A stretch of 34,394 nt of DNA from Candidatus Hydrogenedentota bacterium (GCA_029937645.1 JAPYPO010000004.1:1-34394); one strand, 5' to 3'; shown: positions 24,691 to 34,099, counted from the stretch's first letter. Made by a program: numbers and translations. Notes: generated by a model not told the origin, from the letters alone.

Positions 24691-25846
24691 TACCCTTCTC
24701 CCGTAACAGTTCTTCGTAGAGCGATTCTATCTGGCTCACCATATTTTCAAGGCCATACTTTGGCACCACATGTGACTGCGCCGCTTCGCCCATCGTTTTG
24801 CGGCGATCGGGATCCTCGGCCAACGCAACTACCGCTTGGGCCAATGCTTCCGAATCCTTCGGAGCAACGAGCAACCCCGTCTCCCCGTGCAGGACCACCT
24901 CAGGCAGTCCCCCCACGCGGCTCGCGATGACCGGCGTCTTCGCGGCCCCGGCTTCGAGGACCACGCGCCCCATGCCTTCGTTCACCGACGGCACGACCAG
25001 CAGATCCATCGCCGCCATGAGACCCGGAATATCATGCCGGTGCCCAAGGAAACGAAATCGTTTCCCAAGCGATCGCGCTTCGCGCCGCAACGCCTCTTCC
25101 AGCGACCCCTGTCCCGCAAGAATGAACTGTGCGTCTGGAATCGCCTGACCAATCGCCTGCGCCGCTCTTATAAAGTACGTGAATCCTTTGATCGGTTCAA
25201 GCCGACCCACGCCGCCGATGAGGACTGTGTCCGCCTCCACGCCCAGCGCGCCGCGCGTTGATTCGCGCGTACGTAGCGCTTCGCCATAGGGCGCGAGATC
25301 GATGCCGCTGAAAATGACTCGGTGTTGACTGCGCGCGCCGATGCCGTGCTCCAGGTTTTCTTCGACGCCCAGATTCGTCAGCTCAATGATGCGATCACAC
25401 CATCGCGCCGCCCGCCGCTCAAGTTCCACAAAAATCCGCGTGGGCCATGGCCCGAAGTAGCCATGGAAGACGTTGCCGTGGGGCGTGTGGACAATCACCG
25501 GGATGCCCGCGCGCGTCGCCGCAAGCCGCCCAACAAATCCGGCCTTCGAGGTGTGGGTGTGAACGATATGATAGCCCTTTTCGCGAAACAGCTTGGTTAG
25601 ATTTCGCACGGCCCGCACGTCGTTCCAGGGCGATACACGGCGCACGATGGACGGTTCGCGAAGAATGGAGAAACCCGCATCCGTGATGGCCGGTTCGAGA
25701 CTTCCTTCGTGTCCCGACATGGGGCCGCTGATGAGGTCGACGGTGTAGCGATCGCGATTTGCCAACCGGAGTGTATGAAAGGTATTTTCCTGGGCGCCGC
25801 CCTTGCACAACCGGGTGATGACGTGCGCGACCCGGATCGTACTCAT
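24680..25846 (-). CDS. glycosyltransferase family 4 (GT-B fold)
   Basis: The C-terminal retaining-GT motif is VVPSVNEGMGRVVLEAGAAKTPVIASRVGGLPEVVLHGETGLLV (E-x7-E region). ATGA overlap with the upstream GT4 gene. Confidence 0.9.
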   Translation of the reverse strand: MSTIRVAHVITRLCKGGAQENTFHTLRLANRDRYTVDLISGPMSGHEGSLEPAITDAGFSILREPSIVRRVSPWNDVRAVRNLTKLFREKGYHIVHTHTSKAGFVGRLAATRAGIPVIVHTPHGNVFHGYFGPWPTRIFVELERRAARWCDRIIELTNLGVEENLEHGIGARSQHRVIFSGIDLAPYGEALRTRESTRGALGVEADTVLIGGVGRLEPIKGFTYFIRAAQAIGQAIPDAQFILAGQGSLEEALRREARSLGKRFRFLGHRHDIPGLMAAMDLLVVPSVNEGMGRVVLEAGAAKTPVIASRVGGLPEVVLHGETGLLVAPKDSEALAQAVVALAEDPDRRKTMGEAAQSHVVPKYGLENMVSQIESLYEELLREKGIDA

Positions 25847-26961
25847 GCGCGTTCGCCCACGGCATCCATCAAGCGCCGTGTGAATTCTTTCCAGTTGAGT
25901 TCCGACGTGACACGGGCGCGCCCGGCTTCTCCCATACGCGCTGCCTTTTTCGAATCACGCAGAATTTCGATGATCGCGTTGGCCAGGGCTTCCACGTCGC
26001 GCGGAGGTACGACAAAGCCCGTCTCGCCATCGAGTACGGCGTCCACCACCCCGCCCGACCGGCCCGCGACAACCGGTTTGCCGTAGGCGTGGGCTTCGGA
26101 GAAGACGAGCCCAAAGCCCTCGACCTGTCCCTTCGCGTCCTCGCCCACGGGCAAGGCGAACAGTTCGCAGGCACTATAGAGGGCCGCCAGATCCTCGTCG
26201 GGCACGAACCCGGGCAAACGAATATTCTTCCGCACGCCCAGCGTCATCGCGACGCGCCCAACGGCCGACATGAGCGGCCCGCGTCCGACAAGAACCAAAA
26301 CGACATCGGGTTCAGCTTCCAAAATACGCGGCAGCGCGTGAACGAGCACCGTGTGGCCTTTGCGCCGGATGAATCGGCCGACAGCCAGTACAATGCGCTT
26401 ATCGCCGAGCGCGTACTTTCGCCGTACTGCGCGCAGTCGCTCGTCGTCAATCGCTAGAGCTTCCGGCGCGCCGGGATGGATGATTACAAGGTTGTCCGCA
26501 GCCACGCCGAACTCCAGGAGGGCGTCCTTTGTGAATTGGCTGATGGCAACCACGAGGCGGGACCGTGCGTAGATACGGCGCAACAATCCTGCGAAAAGGG
26601 GATTTCGTTTGAAGCGGAGAAATTCGTAAGCATAGGCGAAGGTCACGTAGGGGCGCCGGGCGATCCACCCGATCACGCCACCGTGGGAGACATTAATTCC
26701 GAAGATTAAGTCAGACGATCGCGCGCAGCTCCAACTCGCCAACAGCATGGGGAACACTCGAAACCAACCCAGCCCATACCCGCGAAAACGAATCGTACGG
26801 AGGGGTTGTGCCGCATCGAATTCACCCATGCCGGAAAAGAACGGGGCAACAACGGTCACCTCGTGACCCAGCGCCGCCAGTTCTAGCGAGGTCTGGTACG
26901 CAACTGATGCGATGCCGCCTTCGATGGGCGGATAGTCCGCCGTGATGACGGCGATGTTCAT
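25843..26961 (-). CDS. glycosyltransferase family 4 (GT-B fold), second copy
   Basis: The N-terminus is MNIAVITADYPPIEGGIASVAY. The C-terminal region is LPVGEDAKGQVEGFGLVFSEAHAYGKPVVAGRSGGVVDAVLDGETGFVV. Confidence 0.9.
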   Translation of the reverse strand: MNIAVITADYPPIEGGIASVAYQTSLELAALGHEVTVVAPFFSGMGEFDAAQPLRTIRFRGYGLGWFRVFPMLLASWSCARSSDLIFGINVSHGGVIGWIARRPYVTFAYAYEFLRFKRNPLFAGLLRRIYARSRLVVAISQFTKDALLEFGVAADNLVIIHPGAPEALAIDDERLRAVRRKYALGDKRIVLAVGRFIRRKGHTVLVHALPRILEAEPDVVLVLVGRGPLMSAVGRVAMTLGVRKNIRLPGFVPDEDLAALYSACELFALPVGEDAKGQVEGFGLVFSEAHAYGKPVVAGRSGGVVDAVLDGETGFVVPPRDVEALANAIIEILRDSKKAARMGEAGRARVTSELNWKEFTRRLMDAVGERA

Positions 26962-26990
26962 CGCCCGTTCCCATGGCGGTTGTTTTTATT

Positions 26991-27061
26991 GAACCACGAA
27001 TGAACACGAATGAACACGAATTGCGACAAAATTAGTGTGTATTGGTGTCCATTCGTGGTTC
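26991..27061. repeat. intra-operon palindromic element with a 12-bp perfect stem (17 bp with one mismatch), whose left arm is 2.7 tandem copies of the 10-mer CACGAATGAA
   Basis: GAACCACGAATG (26991-27002) pairs with CATTCGTGGTTC (27050-27061). The tandem 10-mers are at 26995-27004, 27005-27014 and 27015-27021 (partial). The element is locally A/T-rich. Confidence 0.8.
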
Positions 27062-27090
27062 TGCGGATCGGGAAAGAAGCATCCGTTGTA

Positions 27091-28779
27091 TCACGCTTTC
27101 TCAATGATACAGTCCCCGATGACCAGCGCATCCATACCCGTCGAGTAGAAGCAGCGCACGGCGTCCGACGGCGTATTGACGATGGGCTCGCCCATGACGT
27201 TGAAGGAGGTATTCAAGACCATGGGGACGCCGCGCTTCTTCTCGAAGGCTTCGATGAGGCGGTAGTATTGTTCGTGCGTATCGCGCGAGACGGTTTGCAC
27301 ACGCGCCGTGCCGTTGACATGCGTTATCGCCGGCACACGATCCTGCAGGTCCTTCTTCACAGGAAAGGCGAAGAGCATGAAGGGCGACTCGACGCAGCCC
27401 TCGAAATAGTCACCCGCCTTCTCGACGAGGCAGCTCGGCGCAAAGGGGCGGAATTCTTCGCGGTGCTTCACGTACTTGTTGATCAAATCCTTCATGTCGT
27501 CGCGCGTGGGATCGGCGAGAATGCTTCGGGCCCCGAGCGCGCGCGGGCCGAATTCCATGCGCCCTTGAAACCACCCTACGATTTTTCCTTCGGCGATCAA
27601 CTTCGCCGCCTCAGTCGACGGGTCCTCCGCGTGACGATACGCGATCTTGGCCAAATCGAGGAAGGAGTGAATCGACTCGTTCGAGTGATCCGGTCCGAGC
27701 CGCGCGTCGCGCATAACGTAAGATCGTTCCTCGCCGGTATGTTCGTGGTGCAACTGAAACGCGGCGCCGATGGCGATACCGTCGTCGCCCGCAGCGGGTT
27801 GCACGAATACCTCCTCAAAGGGCGACTCGCGCAGGATGCGGCCATTCATCGCACAGTTGAGCGCCACGCCGCCGGCCAGGCAAAGACATTTTTCGCCCGT
27901 CATCCCGTGCAGCCAACGCGCCAGCGTCAACACGGTTTCTTCGACAATTTTCTGGGCCGAGGCCGCGATGTTCATGTGGCGTTGTTCGATGGGTTCGCCC
28001 TTACGGCGGGGCGGGCCAAAACGTTTGATAAACTTTTTCGAGAAGTAGCCTTGGACGAAGCCCGGAAGATAGTGATAGGCCATCCAACTGAGATCCATGT
28101 CGTAGCCATCGACGCCCCGCTGGCGCACAATCTTGCGAAACGCGTCGTAATACTCCGGATCGCCGTAGGAAGCCAGGCCCATCACCTTATATTCATCGCT
28201 CGCCCGCGCGAAGCCGAGGTAATCGGTGATTCCGGAATAGAACACGCCCAGCGAATGGGGGTAGCGGATTTCGTGGAGCGATTCGATCGCCGTGCCGCGT
28301 CCTACGCCTGCCCAGGTGGAGGTGAATTCGCCGATATAATCGACCGAGAGTAGCGCCGCCGTATCGTGAGGGCTGACCAAAAAGGCGCTCGCCGCGTGGG
28401 CAGGGTGATGCTCCATGTAATGAAGGCGAACACCCTTGCCGCAGAGGCGGCGCATGTCGCGCATGAACTGGAAATTATGGATGACCTCGTAGCCCAGGTA
28501 CGCGAGCGAATATTTCGGGCTTCGCGGAATCTGGCCGAGGCGGTAGGGCAGGCGGTGCGCCAGGCGTCTGAAGGGCTTCATGTACACGCCAACGTGATCG
28601 ACGTCGTCGCGCCCGATACCGGCGGTTTCCAGGCAATACTCGACGGCCAAATGCGGCGCGCCCCCCTGGTGCTTTACCCGAGACAAGCGCTCTTCAGCAA
28701 CAGCGGCGACCAGCTTCCCGTCCTGAACGAGGGCGGCGGCGGAATCATGGGAGTACCCGCCGATCCCCAAGATATTCAT
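27091..28779 (-). CDS. carbamoyltransferase (NodU/CmcH/TobZ family)
   Basis: The N-terminus MNILGIGGYSHDSAAALVQDGKLVAAVAEERLSRVKH is the typical ASKHA/Kae1-like domain of this family. The C-terminal YrdC-like region has LNTSFN. GGAGGG RBS lies 5 nt upstream. Confidence 0.92.
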   Translation of the reverse strand: MNILGIGGYSHDSAAALVQDGKLVAAVAEERLSRVKHQGGAPHLAVEYCLETAGIGRDDVDHVGVYMKPFRRLAHRLPYRLGQIPRSPKYSLAYLGYEVIHNFQFMRDMRRLCGKGVRLHYMEHHPAHAASAFLVSPHDTAALLSVDYIGEFTSTWAGVGRGTAIESLHEIRYPHSLGVFYSGITDYLGFARASDEYKVMGLASYGDPEYYDAFRKIVRQRGVDGYDMDLSWMAYHYLPGFVQGYFSKKFIKRFGPPRRKGEPIEQRHMNIAASAQKIVEETVLTLARWLHGMTGEKCLCLAGGVALNCAMNGRILRESPFEEVFVQPAAGDDGIAIGAAFQLHHEHTGEERSYVMRDARLGPDHSNESIHSFLDLAKIAYRHAEDPSTEAAKLIAEGKIVGWFQGRMEFGPRALGARSILADPTRDDMKDLINKYVKHREEFRPFAPSCLVEKAGDYFEGCVESPFMLFAFPVKKDLQDRVPAITHVNGTARVQTVSRDTHEQYYRLIEAFEKKRGVPMVLNTSFNVMGEPIVNTPSDAVRCFYSTGMDALVIGDCIIEKA

Positions 28780-28825
28780 TCAAGCCCTCCCCAGCGGGAA
28801 CCCAACCGTGATTTTTCGATCCGGC

Positions 28826-30241
28826 TTAGATCCCCATCTCGATGTAGGCCAGTGCGATTTTCTCGATGGAGACGACGTAGGCGGCGGTGCGGAGATCAAC
28901 CACATCATCACGCGAATGGAATACTTCACGAAGGTGCTGATACGATTTCCGCATGGTGTCGTCCAGCCCGGAACGGACCAGATCCAGTTCACCCGCGCCA
29001 CGTTTCAGGCGAGAGGCCCACTCTTCCGGAACCTTCTTGCCCGTCATTTCCTCAAGCAGTTCCACGATCTGTGTGCCCCGCATTTCATCGATACGCTGCT
29101 CCATGCGCCCGAAGCGGATGTGCGATAGATTCTTGATCCACTCGAAATAGGAGACCATCACGCCGCCCGCGTTCAAGTAGAAATCGGGAATGACCACGAT
29201 GCCCTGTTGGCGGAGGTACTCTTGGGCCTCGAAGGTGAGCGGCCCGTTCGCCGCCTCGGCAACCAGTTTCGCCTTGATCCGGGGCGCGCTCTCGGATGTA
29301 ATTTGCCCTTCCAGCGCTGCGGGAATAAGAATGTCGCAATCCATCTCGAGGACTTCCATCCCGTTCGCGACAGAGGTCGCGCCGGGAAATTCCTTGATGC
29401 TGCCCGTGCTTAGCTGATGCTCTTTCAAGTCAGCGATATTCAGGCCATTTTCATTGATAACCGCGCCATCGTATTCGATGACGGCCACGATCTTCGCGTC
29501 ATCTTCCTGCTGGAGAAACTTGGACGCGTGAAAGCCCACGTTGCCGAGGCCCTGCATGATGACTCGTTTCCCACCGAGGCCGCCCTCCATATTGGCCATG
29601 CGCACGTCCTCGGGATGGCGGAAGTATTCGCGGAGCCCGTACTGCACACCGCGCCCGGTGGCCTCCACGCGGCCGGCGATGCCACCCTGCGTCACCGGCT
29701 TTCCCGTCACGCAGGCAATGGCGTTAATGTCTTCGGGGTGCAGGTGGCGATAGGTGTCGGCTATCCAGGCCATCTCGCGCGGACCCGTGCCCATGTCGGG
29801 CGCGGGGACATTCAGGCTGGGGTTGATATACCCTTTCTTCGCAAGCTCTGACGTGAACTTTCGCGTGATACGTTCGAGCGCATCCTCATCGTACTTGCTC
29901 GGGTCGATGCACAAGCCCCCTTTGGCCCCACCGAACGGCGCGTCGACGAGCGCACACTTGAAGGACATGAGCGTGGCCAAGGCCTCGACTTCCTCCTGGT
30001 CGACATAGGGCGAGTAACGAATGCCGCCCTTGACCGGAAGCCGGTGCTCGCTATGAACTGCGCGCCACCCCGTGAACACTTCGTAGCGCCCGCGAAATCC
30101 CACGGCGAAGCGCACCATGAACACCGAGTTGCACTGCTTCATCTTATCCGCCAGGCCAGGCGGCAAGCTCATCGTAGCAATTGCCCGGTCGAATGACTTG
30201 TAGACTCCGTCCAAAAATGACGAATCGGTACCCACGTCCAT
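28826..30241 (-). CDS. gdh: Glu/Leu/Phe/Val dehydrogenase family, most likely glutamate dehydrogenase
   Basis: The catalytic-lysine motif is PFGGAKGG. The Rossmann motif is MQGLGNVG. The start was set at the ATG (MDVGTDS...) preceded by GGAAGGAG. The 27 upstream codons in the track are unsupported. Confidence 0.92.
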   Translation of the reverse strand: MDVGTDSSFLDGVYKSFDRAIATMSLPPGLADKMKQCNSVFMVRFAVGFRGRYEVFTGWRAVHSEHRLPVKGGIRYSPYVDQEEVEALATLMSFKCALVDAPFGGAKGGLCIDPSKYDEDALERITRKFTSELAKKGYINPSLNVPAPDMGTGPREMAWIADTYRHLHPEDINAIACVTGKPVTQGGIAGRVEATGRGVQYGLREYFRHPEDVRMANMEGGLGGKRVIMQGLGNVGFHASKFLQQEDDAKIVAVIEYDGAVINENGLNIADLKEHQLSTGSIKEFPGATSVANGMEVLEMDCDILIPAALEGQITSESAPRIKAKLVAEAANGPLTFEAQEYLRQQGIVVIPDFYLNAGGVMVSYFEWIKNLSHIRFGRMEQRIDEMRGTQIVELLEEMTGKKVPEEWASRLKRGAGELDLVRSGLDDTMRKSYQHLREVFHSRDDVVDLRTAAYVVSIEKIALAYIEMGI

Positions 30242-30472
30242 ACCCGCTCCTTCCGCCGTAGCGGCTTCGGCACAGTGGCGCTCCCATGGCCTCGCCGTGA
30301 TCGAACCGCTATCGTAGCACAAAGCTCCAGCTCAATAACCGGGTCCTTCGAGCGATTCTCGCCAGGGTATTGGATTGGGCGTGGCGAGTGTGTAAACTCG
30401 TAACCTCTTTTCATTCACGGCGTACTGCCCGGCTGAACCAAGAGCCGATCAACAATCGACAACGATAAAGGA

Positions 30473-31159
30473 ATGGGGATTATGGCTGGCACAATGGTGG
30501 AATTTTCAAGCAACGGCGGCACCTGTCAAGGCTACTTGGCCACACCGGAATCGGGCAGCGGCCCAGGCGTCATCGTCCTTCAGGAATGGTGGGGTTTGGT
30601 TGATCACATCAAGGATGTAGCCGATCGCTTTGCCGCAGAGGGCTTCGTTGCCCTGGCACCCGACCTCTACCACGGGGAATCAACCACGAGCCCCGACGAC
30701 GCGGGCAAGCTCATGATGGCGCTCAAGATTGCTGAGACTGAAAAAGATCTTCAGGGTGCCATCACCCATCTGCTGAGTCTGGACGCCTGCACGAGCGATA
30801 CCGTGGGCACGGTGGGCTTCTGCATGGGCGGGCAACTTTCGCTCTACGCCGCCTGCGCAAATCCGAAGGTGGGCGCCTGTGTGATCTACTACGGCATCCA
30901 CCCCGAAGTGAAGCCTGACATCCCCAGCCTCAACGCGCCGGTCTTGGGCTTCTTCGCCGAAAACGATGGCATGGTCACCCCGGAAGTCGCGCGCGAATTG
31001 GAAAAGACGCTCAAAGACGCGGGCAAGAATATAGAGATTCACATTTACGACGGCGCGGATCACGCGTTCTTCAACGACACACGCACCGAGGTGTATCACG
31101 CGGAACACGCGAAGGACACCTGGGCCAGGATGTTGGAGTTGTACCGCGCGAATTTGTAG
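30473..31159 (+). CDS. dienelactone hydrolase family protein
   Basis: GVIVLQEWWGL, the nucleophile elbow GFCMGG, and the C-terminal DHAF are present. The alternative ATG at 30482 has better RBS spacing. Confidence 0.88.
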   Translation: MGIMAGTMVEFSSNGGTCQGYLATPESGSGPGVIVLQEWWGLVDHIKDVADRFAAEGFVALAPDLYHGESTTSPDDAGKLMMALKIAETEKDLQGAITHLLSLDACTSDTVGTVGFCMGGQLSLYAACANPKVGACVIYYGIHPEVKPDIPSLNAPVLGFFAENDGMVTPEVARELEKTLKDAGKNIEIHIYDGADHAFFNDTRTEVYHAEHAKDTWARMLELYRANL

Positions 31160-31287
31160 CGGGGCAATTCCATTCGCGATCTTGCCCGGTTATCTCATCG
31201 GATCTTGTAACGAGACGGTGGAGACTTTGGATAGGCTCGCTGCCACTCCATTTCCTGAAATAAGCGCCAACAAGAAAGTAGGTCACT

Positions 31288-32382
31288 ATGTCTAAAAAAT
31301 TTGTTATCGCCGTGCTGGAAGGCGACGGCATCGGCCCGGAAATTATGGCGGTCGCGCTCGATGTGCTGCGCGCGATCGAATCGAAGTCGGATGTCGAATT
31401 CGAGGTGCAACATGCGCCCTTCGGCGGCAAGGCCTACTTTGATACGGGCGACGCCTTCCCCGAGGAAACAAAGGCCATCTGCGATAACGCCGACGCCATC
31501 CTCAAAGGGCCTATCGGGCTCAGCTTTGAAGAATCAAAAAAGATCCCCGTCGATAAGCAGCCGGAGCGCGGCGCCTTGCTGCCCATGCGCCGCCGCTACA
31601 ACACCTACGCGAATTTCCGGCCGGTATATCTGCCGCCGGAGCTGGCTCACTTTTCGCCGCTCAAGCCGCATGTGGTGGAGGGCGGCATCGACATCATGAT
31701 GATTCGCGAGCTGGTAGGTGGGCTGTATTTTGGCGAGAAAGAGCGGGGCGAGCGAAATGGCAAACGCTATGTGCGCGAAACGCTGGATTACGACGAGGAC
31801 CAGATTTGCCGCATCCTACGCGTCGGCTTTGACGAGGCTATGAAACGCAAGAAAGTGCTGCACAATATTCACAAGAGCAACGTCCTCATTTCGAGCGTCA
31901 TGTGGAACGAGATCCTCGACGAGGTGGCGCCGGAGTATCCCGAGGTGGAGGTGCGCCATGTCATTGTGGACGCCGCGGCGACGGCCCTTGTGCTCAACCC
32001 ACGCCAATTCGATGTCATGGTCATGGAAAACATGTTCGGCGACATCCTTAGCGATTTAGCCGGAGGCATCCTGGGTTCGCTCGGGCTCATGCCCTCTGCC
32101 TGCATCGGAACGGACGCCTCCTACTACGAGCCCTCGCACGGCTCCGCGCCCGACATCGCGGGGAAAGGCATCGCGAACCCTTATTCGATGATCGGGAGCG
32201 TGGCGCTTATGCTCGAAAAAAGTTGCGGCATGGAAGACGAAGCCCAGCAACTCTGGGGTGCCATGCGCGGCGTATTCGGCGAAGGTTTTACTACGGCCGA
32301 TCTGCGCGATCCGGAAGGAAAACTGGACCCCATTTCCACCCGTGCCTTTGGTGACAAGGTGCTCGCCCGATTGGATGGGTAG
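31288..32382 (+). CDS. leuB: isopropylmalate/isocitrate dehydrogenase family enzyme, probably 3-isopropylmalate dehydrogenase
   Basis: VLEGDGIGPEI, the YANFRPV context, NMFGDILSDLAGGILGSLGLMPSA and EPSHGSAPDIAGKGIANP are present. No other leu genes are nearby, so the substrate is uncertain. Confidence 0.7.
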   Translation: MSKKFVIAVLEGDGIGPEIMAVALDVLRAIESKSDVEFEVQHAPFGGKAYFDTGDAFPEETKAICDNADAILKGPIGLSFEESKKIPVDKQPERGALLPMRRRYNTYANFRPVYLPPELAHFSPLKPHVVEGGIDIMMIRELVGGLYFGEKERGERNGKRYVRETLDYDEDQICRILRVGFDEAMKRKKVLHNIHKSNVLISSVMWNEILDEVAPEYPEVEVRHVIVDAAATALVLNPRQFDVMVMENMFGDILSDLAGGILGSLGLMPSACIGTDASYYEPSHGSAPDIAGKGIANPYSMIGSVALMLEKSCGMEDEAQQLWGAMRGVFGEGFTTADLRDPEGKLDPISTRAFGDKVLARLDG

Positions 32383-32397
32383 GGATAGGGAGGTGCG

Positions 32398-32946
32398 ATG
32401 AGCGACGATAAGCTGTTCGGCCAGGAACCCGATCAAAAGCGCGGGATCGTTCTCATTGGAATGCCCGGCTCCGGAAAAAGTACCGTCGGCGTACTTCTCG
32501 CCAAGGCCCTTTCTCGACCGTTTATCGACACCGATCTGATTATCCAGGCCGTTCAGGGTATGCGCTTGCAAGATCTTATTAACTCGAAAGGCTTGGATGC
32601 ATTTCTTGCGATTGAAGAGACGTGTATCGCGGGCATCCAAGTCGGCGAAGCGGTGGTCTCGACCGGTGGCAGCGTACCGCTTAGAGAGCGGTCCATGCAC
32701 TTTCTGAAGAATGAAGGCATCGCCGTTCATCTCGAATTGCCGCTTGATGAATTGCGGCGACGGATCACGAACATGGACTCGCGCGGAATTGCGCTGGCCC
32801 CTGGCCAATCCTTCGACGAGCTCTACGACGAGCGCATGCCCTTGTACAAAAAATACGCGGACATCACCGTCAACTGCGCTGGCCTCGACCACGAGGGGGG
32901 CGTGGCCGCAGTTCAGGCGGCCTTGTCAGCGTATTCATTAAGGTAG
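32398..32946 (+). CDS. aroK: shikimate kinase
   Basis: The P-loop and Asp motif IVLIGMPGSGKSTVGVLLAKALSRPFIDTDLII is present, and the protein is about 180 aa. GGGAGG RBS lies 5 nt upstream, and the gene starts 15 nt after the leuB-like stop. Confidence 0.9.
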   Translation: MSDDKLFGQEPDQKRGIVLIGMPGSGKSTVGVLLAKALSRPFIDTDLIIQAVQGMRLQDLINSKGLDAFLAIEETCIAGIQVGEAVVSTGGSVPLRERSMHFLKNEGIAVHLELPLDELRRRITNMDSRGIALAPGQSFDELYDERMPLYKKYADITVNCAGLDHEGGVAAVQAALSAYSLR

Positions 32947-32950
32947 GGAT

Positions 32951-34099
32951 TCAGTCTCGCGGCGTCAATCGCGCGAGGCCCAACGCATCCTCTCCCCGCC
33001 CCACATAAAATAGGTACAGGGATCCATTCGAGTTCTCGAAAACGTGCGGATCTCGAATTTGGTTGAGGTTTTCCGGCGCGGGTCCCCCTTCGGATGTGGT
33101 TACCGGGAGGTCTGCGCCTTCCCAGTCCTGCTCGGCACGAAGAATTTCCTCCGCCGGAAGGCTCGGGGTCCATTGAGCCACATCGGTGACGCCCGGGCCG
33201 ATTTTCACAAGTTGGATGCGTTCGGGTGTTTGGTTAATAGCGGTAAAGAAGACCTCCAGCGTATCGCCACGCCGGAACACCCCGACGTGGCGTACTTTCG
33301 TCTTGACCCGGGCGGCGGCGAAGGCATCGTCGAAGGGGCTGCTCACGCTGGGCCATCTCGGTTCTTCCGGGCCCTGGTTCGGCGGTAACAATACCGGATT
33401 GCTCGCGGACGGAGCCTGGTACAACCTGCCTCCGAATCCGAAGGCATACAATTTTCCGTTGTGCTCAAACACGCGGGGATAGCCCCCACCGAGGCGGGCC
33501 GGGATGACTCCGCTATTGAAATCCAGGCCCGTGTCCGAGTGCGCGAGGAATGTGTACTGCGGAAGCCGCTCTCCCTTGTAGTAGGAGCCCGCATGAAAAT
33601 ACATGGCGATGCGGCGATTCTCTTCGTCGATATGGATATTGGGCGAAGAGACATGGCTCCTCAGCTGGAAATCTTCCGATAGCCGTGGCGCATCCGTGGG
33701 CCCAAGGTCGAGCACGCCGCGCGTGCCGACTTCCACATCCTGCCCGACTCGATACAGATGCCATGGCCCTTCGACTTTTTCGGCCCAAGCCATACGGATG
33801 TAGTCGCCCGCATGATGCGCGAAGTACATGTAATACTCGGCGTTCCGGGCCGCCCGCTTCGCCGACGGGATCCACTTCGGGATCCGGATGACCGAGGGGC
33901 CGTTCATGTTCTGGCCTTCTCGCTCCGATGCGCCGAGCGCCGTAAACGTTTCTTCCGTCATGATCGGGGCCCCACCGTTGAGGCGCGTAACATCGTACGT
34001 TTGGGCGAATGTCACATTAACGGCGAGGAAAGACGTGGCCAACAGAAACAGAACCGGCGTCACCGCGTCATTTTTCAGTCTAGGCATCTCTTGATTCAT
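32951..34099 (-). CDS. secreted protein with a probable glycoside-hydrolase-like five-bladed beta-propeller fold (GH43/32/117-like clan); function uncertain
   Basis: The start was set at ATG 34099 (MNQEMPRLKNDAVTPVLFLLATSFLAVNVTFAQ is a signal peptide), with GAGGAG RBS upstream. Repeated blade-like segments are present (NGPSVIRIP..., YYMYFAHH..., IAMYFHAG..., IRDPHVFENSNGSLYLFYVG). The family assignment is by impression only. Confidence 0.65.
   Translation of the reverse strand: MNQEMPRLKNDAVTPVLFLLATSFLAVNVTFAQTYDVTRLNGGAPIMTEETFTALGASEREGQNMNGPSVIRIPKWIPSAKRAARNAEYYMYFAHHAGDYIRMAWAEKVEGPWHLYRVGQDVEVGTRGVLDLGPTDAPRLSEDFQLRSHVSSPNIHIDEENRRIAMYFHAGSYYKGERLPQYTFLAHSDTGLDFNSGVIPARLGGGYPRVFEHNGKLYAFGFGGRLYQAPSASNPVLLPPNQGPEEPRWPSVSSPFDDAFAAARVKTKVRHVGVFRRGDTLEVFFTAINQTPERIQLVKIGPGVTDVAQWTPSLPAEEILRAEQDWEGADLPVTTSEGGPAPENLNQIRDPHVFENSNGSLYLFYVGRGEDALGLARLTPRD

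Noticed and set aside
26995-27021. Tandem 10-mers as a possible CRISPR or minisatellite
   Set aside because: There are only 2.7 copies of a 10-nt unit, with no spacers and no cas genes. It forms one arm of a palindrome, so it is a structured repeat rather than a CRISPR array.
27010-28353. 447-aa plus-strand ORF opposite the carbamoyltransferase gene
   Set aside because: It lies entirely antisense to a gene with strong family motifs. Its composition is R/A/G/V-rich with no motifs, which is typical of a shadow ORF in GC-rich DNA. Its first residues translate the palindromic repeat element.
32056-32892. 278-aa minus-strand ORF spanning the leuB 3' end and aroK
   Set aside because: It crosses two well-supported plus-strand genes and their RBS-containing spacer. 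It is a shadow ORF.
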